A stretch of 64,000 bases of DNA, from NCBI GenBank assembly GCA_965112155.1, contig OZ218102.1; one strand, written 5' to 3'. This DNA comes from Podarcis liolepis (Eukaryota). The position numbers and the translations under genes were made by a program. How positions within the stretch are numbered: the stretch's first letter is position 1; each line of letters begins with the position of its first letter. The notes under the pieces are model-generated. The model was not told where the DNA came from. It was given only the letters and a program-made list of their open reading frames with translations, and did not search any database. Of the stretch, positions 50,692 to 64,000 are shown piece after piece.

Positions 50692-50945
50692 CATGGGTAG
50701 GCAAACTAAGGCCCGGGGCCCCGATCTGGCCCAATCGCCTTCTCAATCCGGCCCATGGATGGTCCAAGAATCAGCATGTTTTTACATGAGTAGAATGTGT
50801 CCTTTTATTTCAAATGCATCTCTGGGTTATTTGTGGGGCATAGGAATTCTTTCATTATTATTTTTCCAAAATATATAGTCTGGCCCCCGACAAGGTCTGA
50901 GGGACAGAGGATTGGCCCCCTGCTGAAAAAGTTTGCTGACCCCTG
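50692..50945 (+). mobile_element. hAT non-autonomous element (family of 21048)
   Basis: Same termini; lacks one internal tandem unit. Confidence 0.9.
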
Positions 50946-52624
50946 CTCTAAAGCAACAGCTAAACAAAAACCCCTGTGTGTGAATGTATGAACACTCAAC
51001 TGTGACTCAGGGGTCATGCTAGATGGGCTCAGCATCCCCCACCCAAACCCTGGGCATATTTCAGGCGGTGCTGCCACAGGAGCAGCCAACCTGCTCCCAT
51101 GTCCCCTGAGCTCCCACCACAGTGAAGAGTGTCTTTGCTCTACGTTGAAAATAAGATCTGCTCACTGCAAACTGTGCTCTCTGCCAAGGGTCACTGTCTT
51201 TGTGACAACGAGAAATTAATGGCTTCTCTGAAACTGTGCACTGGTTGCTCCTTTATAAACTGAAGGCCGTGTTCGGCTAATTCCCTTATGTTCGCATTGC
51301 TTTCTGCTGCGCACGTGTGTGAATCTGCAAGGAGGTGTGATCTAAAGTGGTCCCCATCTCCATGGGAATGGCATTTACTGTCGCATTGTGACTTCCTTTG
51401 CCCCCAGAGTGAAAAGCCTCCCCCAACGCCAGGAATGAACTGCTAAAGAGCAAATCAAAGGCTGTGCTCTGTTGAAGGCAGTGGCGTGGAATGAGACGAG
51501 GAGAGCACCTCGGAGTCCCTGTTGCATCTTGTCGAAAGAGCTGACAGATCAAAAAGGCCATCAGTGGTCTTTCTAGAGAAGCGTAGAGAGTTTGGCAACT
51601 CCAAACAATTTTAGCAGGGAGGTGATCTGCTGTGAGGCAATCTGCCTCCACATTCGTATCAGTCTCACAGCCACCATTAAGAGGACAAAAGTCACCCAGT
51701 CAAAGAAAAATGCTCAGAAGAAGAGCAGGATTGGGGGAGCAATTTAGTTTGCTTCACATCTGAATGTAATCCTACCTAATGTGCACTTCCTGAAATGGTG
51801 CAAGAACCAAAATGCAGCTCTCCTCTGAATTTTGCTATGCAGTTCTCCAACCAAAAAGGGGAAATTGTGTAGTAAAATGCAAATATTAGAGAAAATAAGA
51901 TACAAAATTTATTAGAGAAATTTGTTTGCACAAAATGCAAATATTAGAGAAGATGCACACTAAAAATTGTAGCATTTTTTCCTGAGGACTTTAAAAAATA
52001 AAACAAAAATAGATCACAAACTGGTACAGAAATGTCAAGAAAATGAGCTTAAATTTGGAAAAAATGAGAAACACGGAGATAGGGAAATTCACAGATTTAT
52101 CCACTACTAAATAAGTGTCACCCTTTAATCACTAGTGTGAAATCCTGGGGTCCTTTGCTGAGCCCTTAAATCAGCACCTGAGAAATCATTTGGTATGACA
52201 TCTAGTTACTTTACCACTGGAACCAAATCCATCTCCAAACACTTGCCCATCACTGGAGAGTGCAATGAAAACTCTTGCTAGCAGGAGTGAGGGCTTCACA
52301 CTGGAATACTACACCACAGATCTGCTGGCCTCTAACCTCTCTCCATCCAAAGCCTCACTCAGAAAGGTTAGCATCCTCTTTCTCTTCCTTTCTCTGTGTA
52401 ACTTGGCTGAAGGGACAAAGGGCCTTAACATGGGGGTGAGAACCAATTAGTTAGAAATCCCCCAGATCAGAACATGTTCCTAACAAGAACTTAAGCTTCT
52501 TAACACACACACAGACAAAAAAGAATGGAAGGAGAGCAACACTTCTGCTGCCTGAAGTTTGCAGGCCATGCACTTATTAGGGAGAAGGAGAAAGAGAAAG
52601 GAACAAGCTGTGGGGAAGGCAAAA

Positions 52625-54655
52625 AATATTAAGATAAAATCGCTCAGATTCAGGAAGAGGTAGACTCCACCGTGGGAGCAGGGCCGGGGTGGGAGAGTGC
52701 TAGAGTCCTGTCTAGTCAAGTTGCATGGGATCACTTCTAATCTGTTACCTCCGAGGATGTGGACAGGCTGCTTGGACGAGTGAAACCAACCACCTGTCTC
52801 CTTGATCCTTGCCCATCCTGGCTTATAAAAGCTAGCCAGGAAGGACTGGGCAATGAGCATCACAGGGTGGTGAATGCTTCTGTCTGTGAGGGAGCCTTCC
52901 CAGACCTGCTGAAAGAGGCGGTCATTAAACTGCTTCTTTAAAAAACATCTCTAGACCCGGCCAATATGGCCAACTATCACCCAGTCTCAAATCTTCCATT
53001 GTTGGGCAAGGTGATTGAGCGAGTGGTTGCTGAACAACACCAGGCACGCCTGGAAAAGGCAGACCACTTGGATCCCTTCAAGTCAGGATTCAGGCCTCAT
53101 CATGGGACTGAAACTGCCTTGGTCGCGCTGGCTGATGATCTCCAGCGGGCTAGGGACAAAGGTGAGAGCTGTTTCCTAGTTCTGCTGGATCTCTCAGCAG
53201 CTTTTGATATCATGAACCATAACATCCTTCTGGACTGTCTAGAGGGGCTGGGAGCTGGGGGCACTGTTATACAGTGGTTCCACTCCTTCCTCCTGAGCCG
53301 TGTTCAGAAAGTGGGGGGGATGGGTGTTCAGACCCCTGGGCTCTCACTTGTGGGGTGCCTCAGGGTTCTGTCCTCTCCGCCATGTTTTTCAATATTTGCA
53401 TGCAGCCGCTGGGAGAGATCATCAGGGGGTTTGGGTTGGGTGTTCATCAATATGCAGATGATACACAGCTCTACCTCTCTTTCAAATCAGAACCAGTGAA
53501 GGCGGTGAAGGTCCTGTGTGAGTGTCTGGAGGCAGTTGGAGGATGGATGGTAGCTAACACATTGAGGCTGAATCCTGACAAGACAGAAGTACTGTTTTGG
53601 GAGGACAGGAGGTGGGCAGGTGTGGAGGACTTCCTGGTCCTGAATGGGGTAACTGTGCCCCTGAAGGACCAGGTGCGCAGCCTGGGAGTCATTTTGGACT
53701 CACAGCTGTCCATGGAGGCGCAGATTAATTCTCTGTCCAGGGCAGCTTCATCTGGTACGCAGGCTGAGACCCTATCTGCCCACTACTGTCTTGCCAGAGT
53801 GGTGCATGCTCTAGTTATCTCTCGCTTGGATTACTGCAATGCGCTCTATGTGGAGGTACCTTTGAAGGTGACCCGGAAACTACAACTAATCCAGAATGTG
53901 ACAGCTAGACTGGTGACTGGGAGCAGCCACCAAGACCACATAACCACAATGAAAGATCTACATTGGCTCCCAGTATGTTTCCGAGCACAATTCAAAGGGT
54001 TAGTGCTGACCTTTAAAGCCCTAAACACAGGGCCCTGCAGAGCCAGGCAGAGGCCCGGGCCAGGTAGATAATGTGCCCCCCCTTTTTCACCCTGGGGATA
54101 ACTGAAGTCTTATAAATAAGTAAGTATATAAATAATTTTCACAAAAGTTATGCTGACAAATAATTTTATTTCAAGGCTTGAACCGTATCTGCATGTAAAG
54201 AAAAAATGGAAAATATAGATAAATATGCTGACCGAGGCCCCCTTTGGAATCAGAGGCCTGGGCCAAGTGGCCCATATGGCCCCCCCCTCTGTCTGGGCCT
54301 GCCTAAATGGCCTCGGTCCAGTATACCTGAAGGAGTGTCTCCACCTCCCATCGTTCTGCCCGGCCGAGGGCCTTCTGGCGGTTCCATGCCTGCAAGAAGC
54401 CAGGTTACAGGGAACCAGGCAGAGGGCCTTCTCGGTAGTGGCACCCGCCCTGTGGAATGCCCTCCCACCAGATGTCAAAGAGAAAAACAACTACCAGACT
54501 TTTAGAAGACATCTGAAGGTAGCCCTATTTAGGGAAGCTTTTAATGACTGATGTTTTAATTTATTTTTAATCTTTTGTTGGAAGCCGCCTAGAGTGGCTG
54601 GGGAAACCCAGCCAGATGGGCGGGGTATAAATAATAAATTATTATTATCATTATT
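52625..54655 (+). mobile_element. L2-clade LINE, 5'-truncated, with a frameshifted reverse transcriptase
   Basis: Motifs NYHPVSNLP, SGFRPHHGTETAL, LLDLSAAFD, GVPQGSVL, QYADDTQLY, LNPDKTE, SRLDYCN and LHWLP spread over several frames; AT-rich tail. Confidence 0.95.
54028..54301. mobile_element. hAT MITE nested in the L2
   Basis: CAGGGCCC...GGGCCTG ends; flanks cctaaaca/cctaaatg; L2 sequence resumes after it. Confidence 0.8.
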
Positions 54656-54817
54656 AACCTTGAGCCATGGCAAACCATCAGCTGCCAAAACAGTGTCCAG
54701 AAAGGCTAGAAAGAACCAGAGCCTCAAGCCTACCCCCTACCCGACAGTCTATGGATGAAGCTGGCTCCCCCTAAGAAGAGTCTCCTGGATTAGGTCAGTG
54801 GCCCACCTAGTCCAATA

Positions 54818-55042
54818 CAGTGGTACCTCGGGTTACAGACACTTCAGGTTACACACTCCGCTAACCCAGAAATAGTACCTCGGGTTAAGAACTTTGCTTC
54901 AGGATGAGAACAGAAATCGCGCAGTGGCAGCGCGGTGGCAGCGGGAGGCCCCATTAGCTAAAGTGGTCTTCAGGTTAAGAACAGTTTCAGGTTAAGAACA
55001 GACCGCCGAAACGAATTAAGTTCTTAACCCAAGGTACCACTG
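54818..55042. mobile_element. Tc1/mariner MITE
   Basis: TIRs and TA TSD; inverted relative to the 37990 copy. Confidence 0.92.
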
Positions 55043-57862
55043 TACCCTGATCTCACCAGATGCTTTTGGGAAGCCTGAGAGCAGGACCCAAGGACAACAG
55101 TGAAATCTGCAGCACCTAATAATCATTGCCTGTGGCAGTGGAGGTAGAGGATGACCATCAGGGTTCCGTTCAATGGTCGAGCAGATGCTTTGCTTTGTAC
55201 GCAGAAGGTTCCAGGTTCAATCCCCTATTATCAGCAGCATAAAACAGCAACAACCCAGGGAGCCGAAGATGGGAAAGAGCCTAAGGCTTTGGAGCCCTGC
55301 TGTCAATCAGAGAAGACCACACTGGGCCAGAAAGACAAATGGTCTGACAGGGTGTAAGGGAGCTTTCTATGTCCCCTAATACATCCCTCTCTCCCTAGTC
55401 TCTATGCAGTACTTTTCTCACAGGGCAAATGACTCAGGTTTTCTGAAGCTGGCGAGTCATTAAAGAATCTCCCTAAGGGGAAGGTGCTAGCAGGGTTCCT
55501 CAGCTGCTCAAGAGTGCTCCGTAGGCTCCTGGAGTGAGAAGCCCGTGCCAAGTGATGAGCATGCCTAGATTTGCTGTGTCACAGAAATGCCCTGCAGGGC
55601 ACCACAGGATTTGCCATCCTTTTCCTATACAGACAGCTCGGCTTCTGTTGGGTCATTAAGGAAAGGCAAAGGGAAGCAGATGGTTCTGAGGCTTCAGAGC
55701 AGCACAAACAAAGGCATGGGTGTAACCTGGAATCGCTGCCTACGGCTGGCTTTCTCTTCTCATGTGGCTCCTCACTCACATCTACTCTGCCTATAAACCT
55801 GGAAGATGCATTGCAAAAACCATGCCCCTACAGATACCTCTTGGGAGCAGTCCTGTACAACAGCTTTAGTAAATTCCACACAAACGATCCCAATACAATG
55901 ATTAGGTGGGAAATTGCAATCAAACATAACTATGCATGAGTGCTAGCTAGTGCATGAAGGGGTTAAGACCTTAGAACTGTGTTCCTAGACTCAGGTCATG
56001 TCCCCCTGGTGAGGAAGGAAATGAAGCACAGACTGCATGTTTGAAACCATCTTTCTGTATTTTGTACCCAAGAGTATTCTACCTGTGTTCTCCTTGCTGC
56101 TGCATGGAATAGTACATGAATCAGACCTTTGGATTTTGTAAGTAAATTTTTTAAACTTACTCAGGAGCGTTGTCTGCTCATTGCCAGAAAGATAAGAGAG
56201 AGGGGCAAGCACTGTAGGCAGATTAAACAGGATATGAAAGGAGATTTAACAACCCATATTCCCACACTATACTGCTGCTTAACTCTGTGGCTGTTTATAA
56301 CTTTGCTGGGGGCTCTCTTCTGCTGAAGAGTGTGCAAAACCTGTTTTGAATCCAGGCTTCCAGCTGGTTCGTTTGTTAATTAACCCACACGTGAGTCACA
56401 GATCTTATCCCCCCCCAAACAGACAACACCTCCCTCATTACCCTCTCCACCCCACTGAGCAGCCTCAACAAGCCTCAGGCTTGCGAGGAGGAGCAGGGGG
56501 CTTCCACAGCTGATGTACAGGAGAAGCAGCTGCTGCTGCTGTGCTACCCCACACAGCAGCTGTTAGGCGGGGAGGCCTCAACAAAGCCCCATTGGCTCGT
56601 GAGGAGACCCAAGTGATTTCAATTACATGTGGGGAGGCCCAGAACACAACGCTCCTCAGCCTGTATATTCAAACCAAGGACATTGGTCTCCATCAGGCTG
56701 TTGGTAAGGCCAAACTCCATGACTTCACCCCCAAAAGCACACTCTTCCAGATGAATGTCAACAGAGTATATTCAAATCTTGGGCACCATGTGTTGCAGTC
56801 ATCAAAGAATTTGTCCGTCTGTTCCAGCATCGTCTGTTCTGCCCGGCAGAAGCTCTCTGGGATTTCAGGTACAGCCTTTCGTTTTTTTTTAACTGGTGAG
56901 GCCAGAGATCGAGCTAGGGACCATTTGCATGCAAAACATATGCTCTGCCACTGAGCTGTGGTATTAACTCACCACCCATCCCCAGGGCTTTGGTTCTCTT
57001 TGGAGCTTTTGCACGCCAGTGCAAGCACTCAAAAACTACCCTTCCAGTGACATTCCCAAATGCCAGGCCATGAATAGCATTAGATCTTTCCACATTATCA
57101 TTTCAGCACATGGCGTCTGCAGATGGGAATCGGCCTTTGCAGAGGTGCAAGAAAATGAGTCTGAACTTAAGGATGGCAAAATTGAAGTAGTTTCTTGCGG
57201 TTGAGGCCGCATGCTTCTTAAATTCAGAAGCAGCCCTCTAGGGTGATGATCAAATTTCACATTAGCCCTTCATCTAGTTCAGCGACCATCACTCAACTAT
57301 GCATTCATATTCAGGACAGAAAGCTAGCTAGCACCAAAGCAAGAGTACCAGGGTCTGATATGAAGCCTAGACACCCCTCTTTAAGTTGGGTGAGCTTTCA
57401 AACTTCTTAATTCCTATGGGATACTTGATTTGAAGGCTCTCAGGCTCCGAAGCTGCTTTTGGTAGGGATTGGGGATGTCAGGGATGTCCAGAAGGACAGC
57501 ATCTTTGGGCACCCCATTGGTGCAGCAACCCATTTTGAAACCTTGATGTGTGTGTGGGAGTGGGGAAGCTGTTTGGGGGAAATTTGGAGCAGGGAAATGG
57601 CAGGTGAGAAAAGAGTTAAGTGCCCCTCCTTATTCATTGCTTCTCTACCGCTACTAGGTTCGCTCTCTGGAAGCTGCTTTTCTCCTTCAAGAAAAACCGT
57701 CAGGCTACAAGTTACACATTTTTCACATACGTATATTTTGCCTCACACAGCTTTAACACAGCATTCTTGCTGTCATGGAAGCAGAACAAAAAACGCAACT
57801 CAAAATGTGACATTAGCATTATCCAAGCAAATCCATTCTCTTTGTGCCTTGAGTGACTAGGC

Positions 57863-58180
57863 CAGGGGTCAGCAAACTTTTTCAGCAGGGGGCCGGTCCA
57901 CTGTCCCTCAGACCTTGTGGGGGGCTGGACTATATTTTGAAAAAAAACAAAAATGAACAAATTCCTATGCACCACAAAAACCTAGAGATGCATTTTAACT
58001 AAAAGCACACATTCCACTCATGTAAAAACACCAGGGAGGCTCCACAAATAACCCAGACATGCATTTTAAATAAAAGGACACATTCTACTCATGTAAAAAC
58101 ACGCCGATTCCCGGACTGTCCGCGGGCCGGATTGAGAAGGCGATTGGGCCGGCCCCCGGGCCTTAGTTTGCCTACCCATG
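57863..58180 (-). mobile_element. hAT non-autonomous element (family of 21048)
   Basis: Reverse complement of 21048-21371. Confidence 0.92.
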
Positions 58181-58909
58181 TGCTAGATTAATAGAGGGGT
58201 TGACTTGAATAGGAAGACCACTGTTCGTTTATTTATTTATTTTTGTTTATCCCGATTTATTTATGTTGTGGATGTATTGGTTAGTGAGGGAGCAGGGATC
58301 TCCCAGATTCTTGGGGACCAGATTTCCCCTTCTAGTTTTTTGTGTGCTGGAGTTTAATCAAAGTGTTGGTGATTAAGGTGAGCTGACAGGCTGAGATGGT
58401 TTTCTCCTGGCAGTCAGCTTACCAATGTTAATGTGGTGGCAGCTCCTCCTGCTCCTGCCTTCTGCAGGGTCTCATGCTCCAGGTGCTTTTCCTGCTCCCA
58501 CCAGCTGCTCATCCTTGGCTGAGAGCTGTGGGATGAGTGCCACTGCTCTCCTGCCCTTTGGCTCCTTCCCCAAAGTGTAAGCTTTGTATTACCTGGAGGG
58601 GGGAGGAGATGAAACAGTCCACATCACTTAGGCAACCACCAAGAAGCGGCATCTCTTCCACCTGACACTTGTGTGGGAGGAGGATTTAGCATCAGCTCAA
58701 ACATTCAAAGGAGGGGGGGAACAGGCAGTACAATCGTTTGTGCTCCTTCATGGCAAAACATACTTGTATGTAGAAAGCAACCACTTCAGATTTTTGTTTG
58801 ACCTTAGCATTCAATGTGTACGACATTTTTCCTTTCTGTTCCTCCCCCCCCTTGAATCCTTCTGTACCATATACATTTTATTAATTCTGAATTGTCTGTC
58901 AGCACAATA

Positions 58910-59271
58910 AAGGTAAAGGTACCCCTGCCCGTACGGGCTAGTTGTGTCCAACTCTAGGGTTGTGCGCCCATCTCACCTAAGAGGCCGGGGGCCAGCGCTG
59001 TCCGGAGACACTTCTGGGTCACGTGGCCAGCGTGACGAAGCTGCTCTGGTGAGCCAGCACCAGCGCAGCACACAGAAACGCCGTTTACCTTCCCGCTATA
59101 AAGCGGTACCTATTTATCTACTTGCACTTAAGGGTGCTTTCGAACTGCTAGGTGGGCAGGAGCTGGGACGGAAAGACGGGAGCTCACCCCGCCACGGGGA
59201 TTCGAACAGCCGACCATACGATCGGCAAGTCCTAGGCACTGAGGTTTTACCCACAGCGCCACCCGTGTCCT
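58910..59271 (-). mobile_element. Sauria SINE, full length
   Basis: Perfect 15-bp TSD tctgtcagcacaata. Confidence 0.96.
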
Positions 59272-60749
59272 TCTGTCAGCACAATAGTGGAGTGCAAAAC
59301 AGTTCTATGGAACATCAGACCTTATGTGCACAGATCCATGAGCTGCTCTGGGCATGACACCAAGTAGAGGGATTGGAGGGGGGGGCAGGAATTGAGCCAC
59401 AGAAAGGCCAATTCCAGTATTGCAAAGCTGCTGTCAAATACTACCGAAATTACTCAAGAGTTGCACAAACAGTCCAAACCAAAATAGAGCTCCATCTGTT
59501 GATCTGATGGAGAGCCATGCTGCCATCCCTGAGGTTTCTTTCCTTTACACTCCAGCAACGATGGCAGCCTGTTTAAAGCATGCTGTTGAAACGGCCTGGC
59601 CAATGCCATGTTCTTTCTGGCTGTGGCACCTTTGGGCGGTTGGCTGCCAACTCCAAGCACCAAACTCCTTCTAATGGAGGATGCCAAGCCTTTTAGGGGA
59701 GCTCCCCAGAGCACAAATGCTGCTTCTTGCAACCAAAATTTCACAAGCAAAGAAGCCAATGCTTCATACACAAGAAGAACGGTTTTGGATGCAAGCAGAG
59801 AAACAGATCCAGAATTTCAAAAATTATAATAGCTTATAATGCAGCAGGGAGGTCCCCTTGTGCTATTCTGAAATGCACACACTCTCTCATTTCATAAAAC
59901 AAAATGCAGGTGTGCCATAGATTAATCACAGCCAGGATTCTGTACTGCACACTAATAAATCCTGCTGTCATGGGTCTCCCAAGCTCCCAAACTTGTTCTC
60001 ATTGCCAACCAGGGAATCTCCCTTTGCCACTCTTAGCCTTCTAATAGCAGCTGCTGGGCTCCCAAACAGGATAAAGGGTTGAACAGCTGAACACAGCCTG
60101 TTTTCCTCCACTTGGTCTGCTTCCTCTGGCTCTACCGATCAGCACACAAATAAGCATGTTAATAACCAGTTTGCACGAAGCCACGGCACTGACTGGAGGC
60201 CTCGGGAGTCTAATTAGTGGCACATTTGCCTTGCCTCCTCTTGCGCTGGAGTGAGATGCATTAAGGTTTCTGCAGCAGCAGAATCGTAACTATAATGGCC
60301 CTCAAACACTGCACCTGCATGGCTTGCCTGCACTATTCCACCTTGCCCAGTGAGGGAGGGGTGCTACATTTGCATTCCACAAAAGCTATCTGTGCAATAG
60401 GCTGCAAGTTAGCAAAAGGAAAGTATAAATTGTGCAGACAATGAACTGGGAAGAGCCTACTTCCCACGGCGGAGAAAGACCCCACCATGAGCTTCAGAAA
60501 GTGTTGGGCATTATTATGCAAGACAGACAACTACCCAGGCCCAGATTAATATGAAGAAACAGACTGTGTTCTTACTTCTTACCAAGTGCACTGGAAGCCC
60601 GTTTACTTAGAAATATAGTCTGGCCCATGTGGGCGAACAGGGAAATCTTTACTGATGCTATAAAATACTGTTTGTAATTTTAGAGTATTGAACTATAAAA
60701 CAACCCCCCAAGATGCTTTATTTATTTTGCTCTATTTAAAAGACTTGGA

Positions 60750-61096
60750 GGGACGCGAGTGGTGCTGTGGGTTAAACCACAGAACCTAGGACTCAGGTCA
60801 GAAGGTGGGCGGTTCAAATCCCCACGACGGGGTGAGGTCCCGTTGCTCGGTCCCTGCTCCTGCCCACCTAGCAGTTCAAAAGCACGTCCAAGTGCAAGTA
60901 GATAAATAGGTACCGCTCCGACGGGAAGGTAAACGGCATTCCGTGCACTGCTCTGGTTCGCCAGAAGCGGCTTAGTCATGCTGGCCACATTACCCAGAAG
61001 CTGTACGCTGGCTCCCTCAGCCAGTAAAGTGAGATGAGCGCCACAACCCCAGAGTCGGCCATGACTGGACCTAATGGTCAGGGGTCCCTTTACCTT
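60750..61096 (+). mobile_element. Sauria SINE, full length
   Basis: TSD tttaaaagactt. Confidence 0.95.
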
Positions 61097-63336
61097 TTTA
61101 AAAGACTTACATGCCGCTTTCCAGAAATACTGACTTATAAAATGGTTTCCAGCTACTAAAATGCACCAATAACAATAATTAGGTTCTAACAATAATAAAA
61201 CTATTGAATCTGATTGGATGGCTCCATTGGATAGAGCATGGTACTGATAATGTCAAGGTTGCAGTTTTGATCCCCATATGGGGCAGCTGCATATTCTTGT
61301 ATTGCAAGGGGTGGACTAGATGGTCCTCAGGATCCCTTCCAACTCTACAGTTCTATGATTCTATGATTATAAGAAGACAAAGAAACAGACTACAGTAGCA
61401 TTGGGCACATAGCCCAACTATTCTATCCATCTCACACCTTTCTCACCCTCAGAGTCAAATAAGACTCATCTGAAGCTCACGATCTCTCTGAGAAGATTTT
61501 TTTTAATAAAAAAAGATAGAATTTTTAAGTGAAGCATAAAAGTTACAGGTTCAGCTAAAGCTTGTGAATCTCTGGGAATGTTCCCTCTGAGCCAGGCAGA
61601 GGGCAGTAAACACAAATACCAGTTATGAATTCACCACTGAAATTATTCTAGAATGAATGAGGAGGAAACTGAGTCAGGGATTTCACCAGAGGAGGAAGCG
61701 CATTAATGCCTTCAGATATTCTAAGCTGGGGAAGCAAGAGACAGCTTGGGGAAGAAGCTGCTTTCGCCAAATAGCGTTTGTCTCGTGAAGGAGAAAGGGT
61801 TGAATTTAAAACACCACCTAGCTTAGAACTCAATTTGTCTTTTCTATAACAGCACAGCAGTACGTTGCCCATGTAAATGCAACCAAATTTAAAGCAAGCC
61901 TTTCCAAGTGAACTTATATCAGGAAGCAGGATGTGTTACAGATCACTTGTCCTAGGCAGTTAGTGAGCAAAACTCTACTGTCTAAGGGTCAAATGACACG
62001 CTTAATTGCTGTTTCGTGACTGGAATTCTCAACATCATTTTCTTCTTCAAAGAATAAGTCATGGACCCCTTAGTTTAGATTGGGGTCGTGGCACAGGTTC
62101 ATGCCGACAGCTGGATAGCCCAAGATGTTTATAATCCCAGCGACCAAGTAACATAATGTACAGGTTTGGGGAGTAAGAACCAAGCTGCTGGAAGGCTCGG
62201 GAATTAAAACAGGAAAACCAGAGACGCAGGGAAAGATCCAGAGTAACTGATCTGATCCTTATGTCATGATGGACAAAGCTAGACTCCCTGGATGTAAACC
62301 ATCCAACCCTGTTTGCTTCTGGAAACAAGCAAACAAGCTAATCACTGGCACCGTCTCTTGCTAGGGCACATCCTCTCCAGCTGAACAGGAAAGTGGCCAC
62401 ATTCATTCCTCTATTGCTTGCAGGCTAATGTAGGCATCACAATGTTGTCCTCCCATTTGGTAATGGAATTCCTTGTCTCTGAACACATCTGTGATGGCTG
62501 GGAAAGGCAGAGGGAGACAAAAAAAAGAGGGGTATGTTTGGCTCCATCAGGTATCAAGAGTGGAGTCTGCTACATGACCCTAGCATGCTATTCCGCAGCA
62601 GAGGACTATAGGCAAGTCCACTCCTCCTCTGGCATGCTGGAGCTGCACTCCCTTGTGGCTTCTGTAGAGGTGCAGTCCTGATGTATAGACAGGACTCTGA
62701 TAATGACAACTGAGACCCCTACGTTCCAACACAAGGAAACCTTCATCCTTGATGGAGCAGAAGCATGAGCCTGCTAGTGAGCCTGAAAGTCAGTTGCAGC
62801 GGCTGCTGCTGAAGAGTGTGTTAGCAAGATGCCTGCACTACCTAGTGTCCCTCTTGGTTTCCTCTGCTGTCTGTGAGCCACTCGCTCTGCATGTACTGAT
62901 ACCTTGACTAGCCTGCAGAAGATTTAATTCTCTGCTTCTGGGTTTCCCCTGCCCCTCCCCTTCTTAGCATCCAGCTAGGCTTCAGGTTCTTCTGAACCAA
63001 TCCCAAGGAAGCGGGGCAGCAGGAAATTGTGTCATCACACATTAACCCTTTGCAAGGAGCACCTGTTTATATCCCACCACCACCACCACCCCTTTCTGTA
63101 TTAATTACAGGCTGCCAGAATCCCCAGGGCAACGAGGTTTGCTTTTATTGGCAGCTAATTAAATAACTGTGGAAGTGTGAGGCCATTAGCACTTCATTTA
63201 GTTGGAATTAATCACATTATTTAGTGAGTCAGGGAGCAGGGAAGACTGGGGGTGCCAGGGGGATTCTGGGGCTTCCAGGTGAAAAAGGAGCTATCAATCA
63301 GGTATGCAGGAGGCAGAAAGAATATTTTCAACATAA

Positions 63337-63612
63337 AGGTATTAAGAAGATCCTGCTGGATCAGGCCAATGGCCCAGCTAGTCTGGCATCCTGTTCTCAC
63401 ATGCCTGTGAGAAGCCTGCAAGTGAGACATTAAGTGCCACAGCACTCTGCCCACCTGCAATGCCTGGAAACCAGGTGTATGCAGGAGGATTCCTGCCTGT
63501 GACCATGGAGGCAGAACATAGCCATGATGTCCAGTAGCCATCAATAGCCTTTTGCTCCATAGATCTGTCTAATCTTCTTTTAAAGCCATCCGAAGTGGTG
63601 GCTATCACTACT
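63337..63612 (-). mobile_element. Old CR1 3' UTR fragment
   Basis: Similar to the 36612 and 20346 copies. Confidence 0.75.
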
Positions 63613-64000
63613 GTACTTCCCCCGGGAGCTTTGCCCTTTTCTCGCAGGCATTTCCTCGTCTTCCTGCTGGTCTCCCCACGCTGTGAAGGAACAACTTACC
63701 TGGCAACTCCCTTTCCCAAGCAAGCAACTTTCTCATCAACCCCCCCCCCCATCACCACCTCCACCATTAAATTACCGGTATTCATTTCCAGGTTTTTTAC
63801 CATTTTGAAATGGGCAGCTGCCTAAGGGTGGAAATAAAATAGAGGCATCGTTCTGGTGGCTGAAGCCACATATCAATCCCCTTGGGTCATAGGCCATGTG
63901 GATGTAGTCAGTTTCCCACTGCCCATGACAAACAGGTCAAAGGGGTAGAGGATGCTTTCACTGTCTCTAGGAAGACGTGCCTGATTTAGGGGTCTTGGGA

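Noticed and set aside
52759-54551. Longest ORFs in the window, with reverse-transcriptase motifs
   Set aside because: Ordinary frameshifted L2 LINE fragment, not a host gene or a novel RT system.
60284-60305. cgtaactataatggccct resembles the LSU rRNA/I-CeuI site
   Set aside because: Short partial match with no flanking rRNA similarity.
63700-63736. ATG..CAG|GTAAGT in phase 1 (MRKLLAWERELP)
   Set aside because: Very short, poor start context, next to a repeat; such matches are expected by chance.

Overview
Squamate genomic DNA, probably a lacertid lizard (inferred from Sauria SINEs, a Squam3-type SINE, Bov-B, CR1, L2, L1, Penelope and many hAT and Tc1/mariner MITEs). The window appears to lie in the long 5' region of KCNIP2 (KChIP2, a Kv4 channel-interacting protein) on the minus strand. 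I found no EF-hand core exons, no canonical exon 1a and no exon 2. Two recognisable alternative first coding exons are present: a KChIP2e-like exon (31211-31298) and the KChIP2x/KIS transmembrane exon (7701-7803). Between them are features I cannot match to known KChIP2 isoforms: a second transmembrane-encoding phase-1 first exon with nearby MEF2, E-box and TATA motifs (22703-22820), a 39-nt frame-preserving di-cysteine microexon candidate (24416-24454), and a 45-aa hydrophobic stand-alone ORF (11689-11826). Other notable items are a young hAT element carrying CpG-island-like DNA, a Penelope end with a hammerhead ribozyme core embedded in (TA)n, a diverged ~1 kb local duplication, and an 82-nt intronic hairpin. 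All family and homology calls are by eye and from memory; no searches were run. Repeat boundaries without a stated TSD are approximate.
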